A DNA stretch of 64,000 nt, taken from Bacteroidia bacterium (GTDB lineage Bacteria > Bacteroidota > Bacteroidia > SpSt-205). The translations under genes were made by a program, and so were the position numbers. The first letter of the stretch is position 1. Every line of letters begins with the position of its first letter. Below the pieces are notes generated by a model. That model worked only from the letters and a program-made list of their open reading frames with translations, had not been told where the DNA came from and ran no database searches. Positions 63,096 through 64,000 of this stretch are shown piece after piece. The stretch is from contig JBCNVK010000005.1 in NCBI GenBank assembly GCA_039630245.1, positions 47,648-111,647 of the forward strand, written 5' to 3'.

Positions 63096-64000
63096 TATGC
63101 GGGCTACTCTCGGCTGGCTCGGAAGCCTTTTTCTAAGTGCTCAGAGCTTTATCCCGCGTGAGCGGCAGGTAGATATGCAGCATTTGCGTCTTGTCGTGCG
63201 TTTTGCGCCCGAGCGCGGGGTAGTATATGGCTTGGCTACCTTCGTATTTCAACCCCTACGCCCTAATCTTGAGACGCTAGCTCTGGATGCCGTCAAGCTG
63301 CAAATAGAGGAGGTACGCTCCCATGACCAGCCTGTACCCTTTGATTATACTGGGGAGAAACTAATACTGAAGTTCCCCCGGCCGCTGGAGGAGACCAAGC
63401 TAGACTCGGTTACTATTCGGTACATGGCTAAGCCGCGCAAGGGGCTTTACTTTGTCGGGTGGAATGACCCTACTGGCCGGGCGCGCCGGCAAATCTGGAC
63501 GCAAGGCCAAGCCTACGACCACCGCTACTGGATCCCCTGTTACGACGACCCAAATGATAAGCTTATCACCGAGACGCTTATCACTTTTGACAGCCGGTAT
63601 CAGGTCCTTTCCAATGGTACCTTATTAGACACCCTGCGTAATCCCGACGGTAGCCTCACTTGGCACTATCGCATGCAGAAACCCCATAGCCTGTACCTGC
63701 TCATGATAGCTGTAGGGGAGTATGGTATTGAGCGTCGGACTACCCGACGAGGCCTGCCGCTCTGGCTCTACTACTATCCCGACCGCAAAGAGTGTTGCCT
63801 TGAGCCTACCTACCGCTACAGCGTAGAGATGGTGGAAAAATTAGAGGCTGAGCTGGACGTACCTTTTCCTTGGGAGAAATATGCGCAGGTCCCCGTAGCC
63901 GACTATATCTACGGGGCTATGGAAAATACCACCGCGACCATTTTCGGCGATTTCTTCCATGTGGATGAGCGGGCCTACTTGGATCGCAGCTATGTGGAGG
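63096..64000 (+). CDS. M1-family aminopeptidase (aminopeptidase N-like). The 3' end is partial and runs off the window.
   Basis: The frame stays open to the window end. YIYGAMENTTATIFGD is the GAMEN exopeptidase motif. It has an N-terminal signal peptide. Confidence 0.75.

Noticed and set aside
1-64000. Search for CRISPR arrays, IS elements, integrases, phage genes and long direct or inverted repeats
   Set aside because: None recognised. There are no regularly spaced repeats and no transposase, integrase or recombinase ORFs. The window looks like core chromosome.

Overview
This 64 kb window is a gene-dense, high-GC (about 58-60%) chromosomal region that reads as Bacteroidota (Bacteroidetes). 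The evidence for that placement is seen directly in the sequence:
- Several proteins end in type IX secretion (T9SS) C-terminal sorting domains, and one carries an SprB repeat.
- There is a TonB-dependent receptor with a CarboxypepD_reg N-terminus, a DUF4294 protein, and an exbB-exbD-tonB operon.
- Genes and tRNAs are preceded by the Bacteroidetes-type -7 promoter box TAnnTTTG.

About 55 protein genes and 4 tRNAs are identifiable (Gly-TCC, Tyr-GTA, Leu-CAA, Arg-TCG). No CRISPR array, IS element, integrase or prophage is visible.

Most genes are housekeeping:
- Nucleotide and general metabolism: purL, guaA, rdgB, sodA-type SOD, kbl, thiolase, acyP, rplY, miaB, lepB, glmM-like.
- Cell envelope: lptD, an LptE-like lipoprotein, tamB, exbBD-tonB, amidase, M23 peptidase, mltG, an mtgA-like gene, PAP2, TerC.

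The points worth a second look are these:
1. A co-directional, translationally coupled lipid-type gene cluster at 3779-9289. It links an OlsF-like bifunctional N-/O-acyltransferase, an enoyl-CoA hydratase, kdsA, an internally shortened KAS I/II-like condensing enzyme and a short BioF-like alpha-oxoamine synthase. This is a candidate pathway for a non-canonical aminolipid, or a non-canonical biotin-precursor route.
2. Pervasive -7 boxes lying only 4-11 nt upstream of start codons (leaderless or near-leaderless transcripts), including back-to-back divergent pairs.
3. Two membrane-protein genes (a UbiA-family gene and tamB) whose conserved N-terminal helices continue in frame into an upstream tRNA, with no canonical start codon available.
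4. A standalone truncated NuoG-like Fe-S protein.
5. A divergent MtgA-like glycosyltransferase coupled to mltG.
6. A sigma-54 activator with no sensory domain.
7. A 572-aa Pro/Ser/Glu-rich protein with globular ends.
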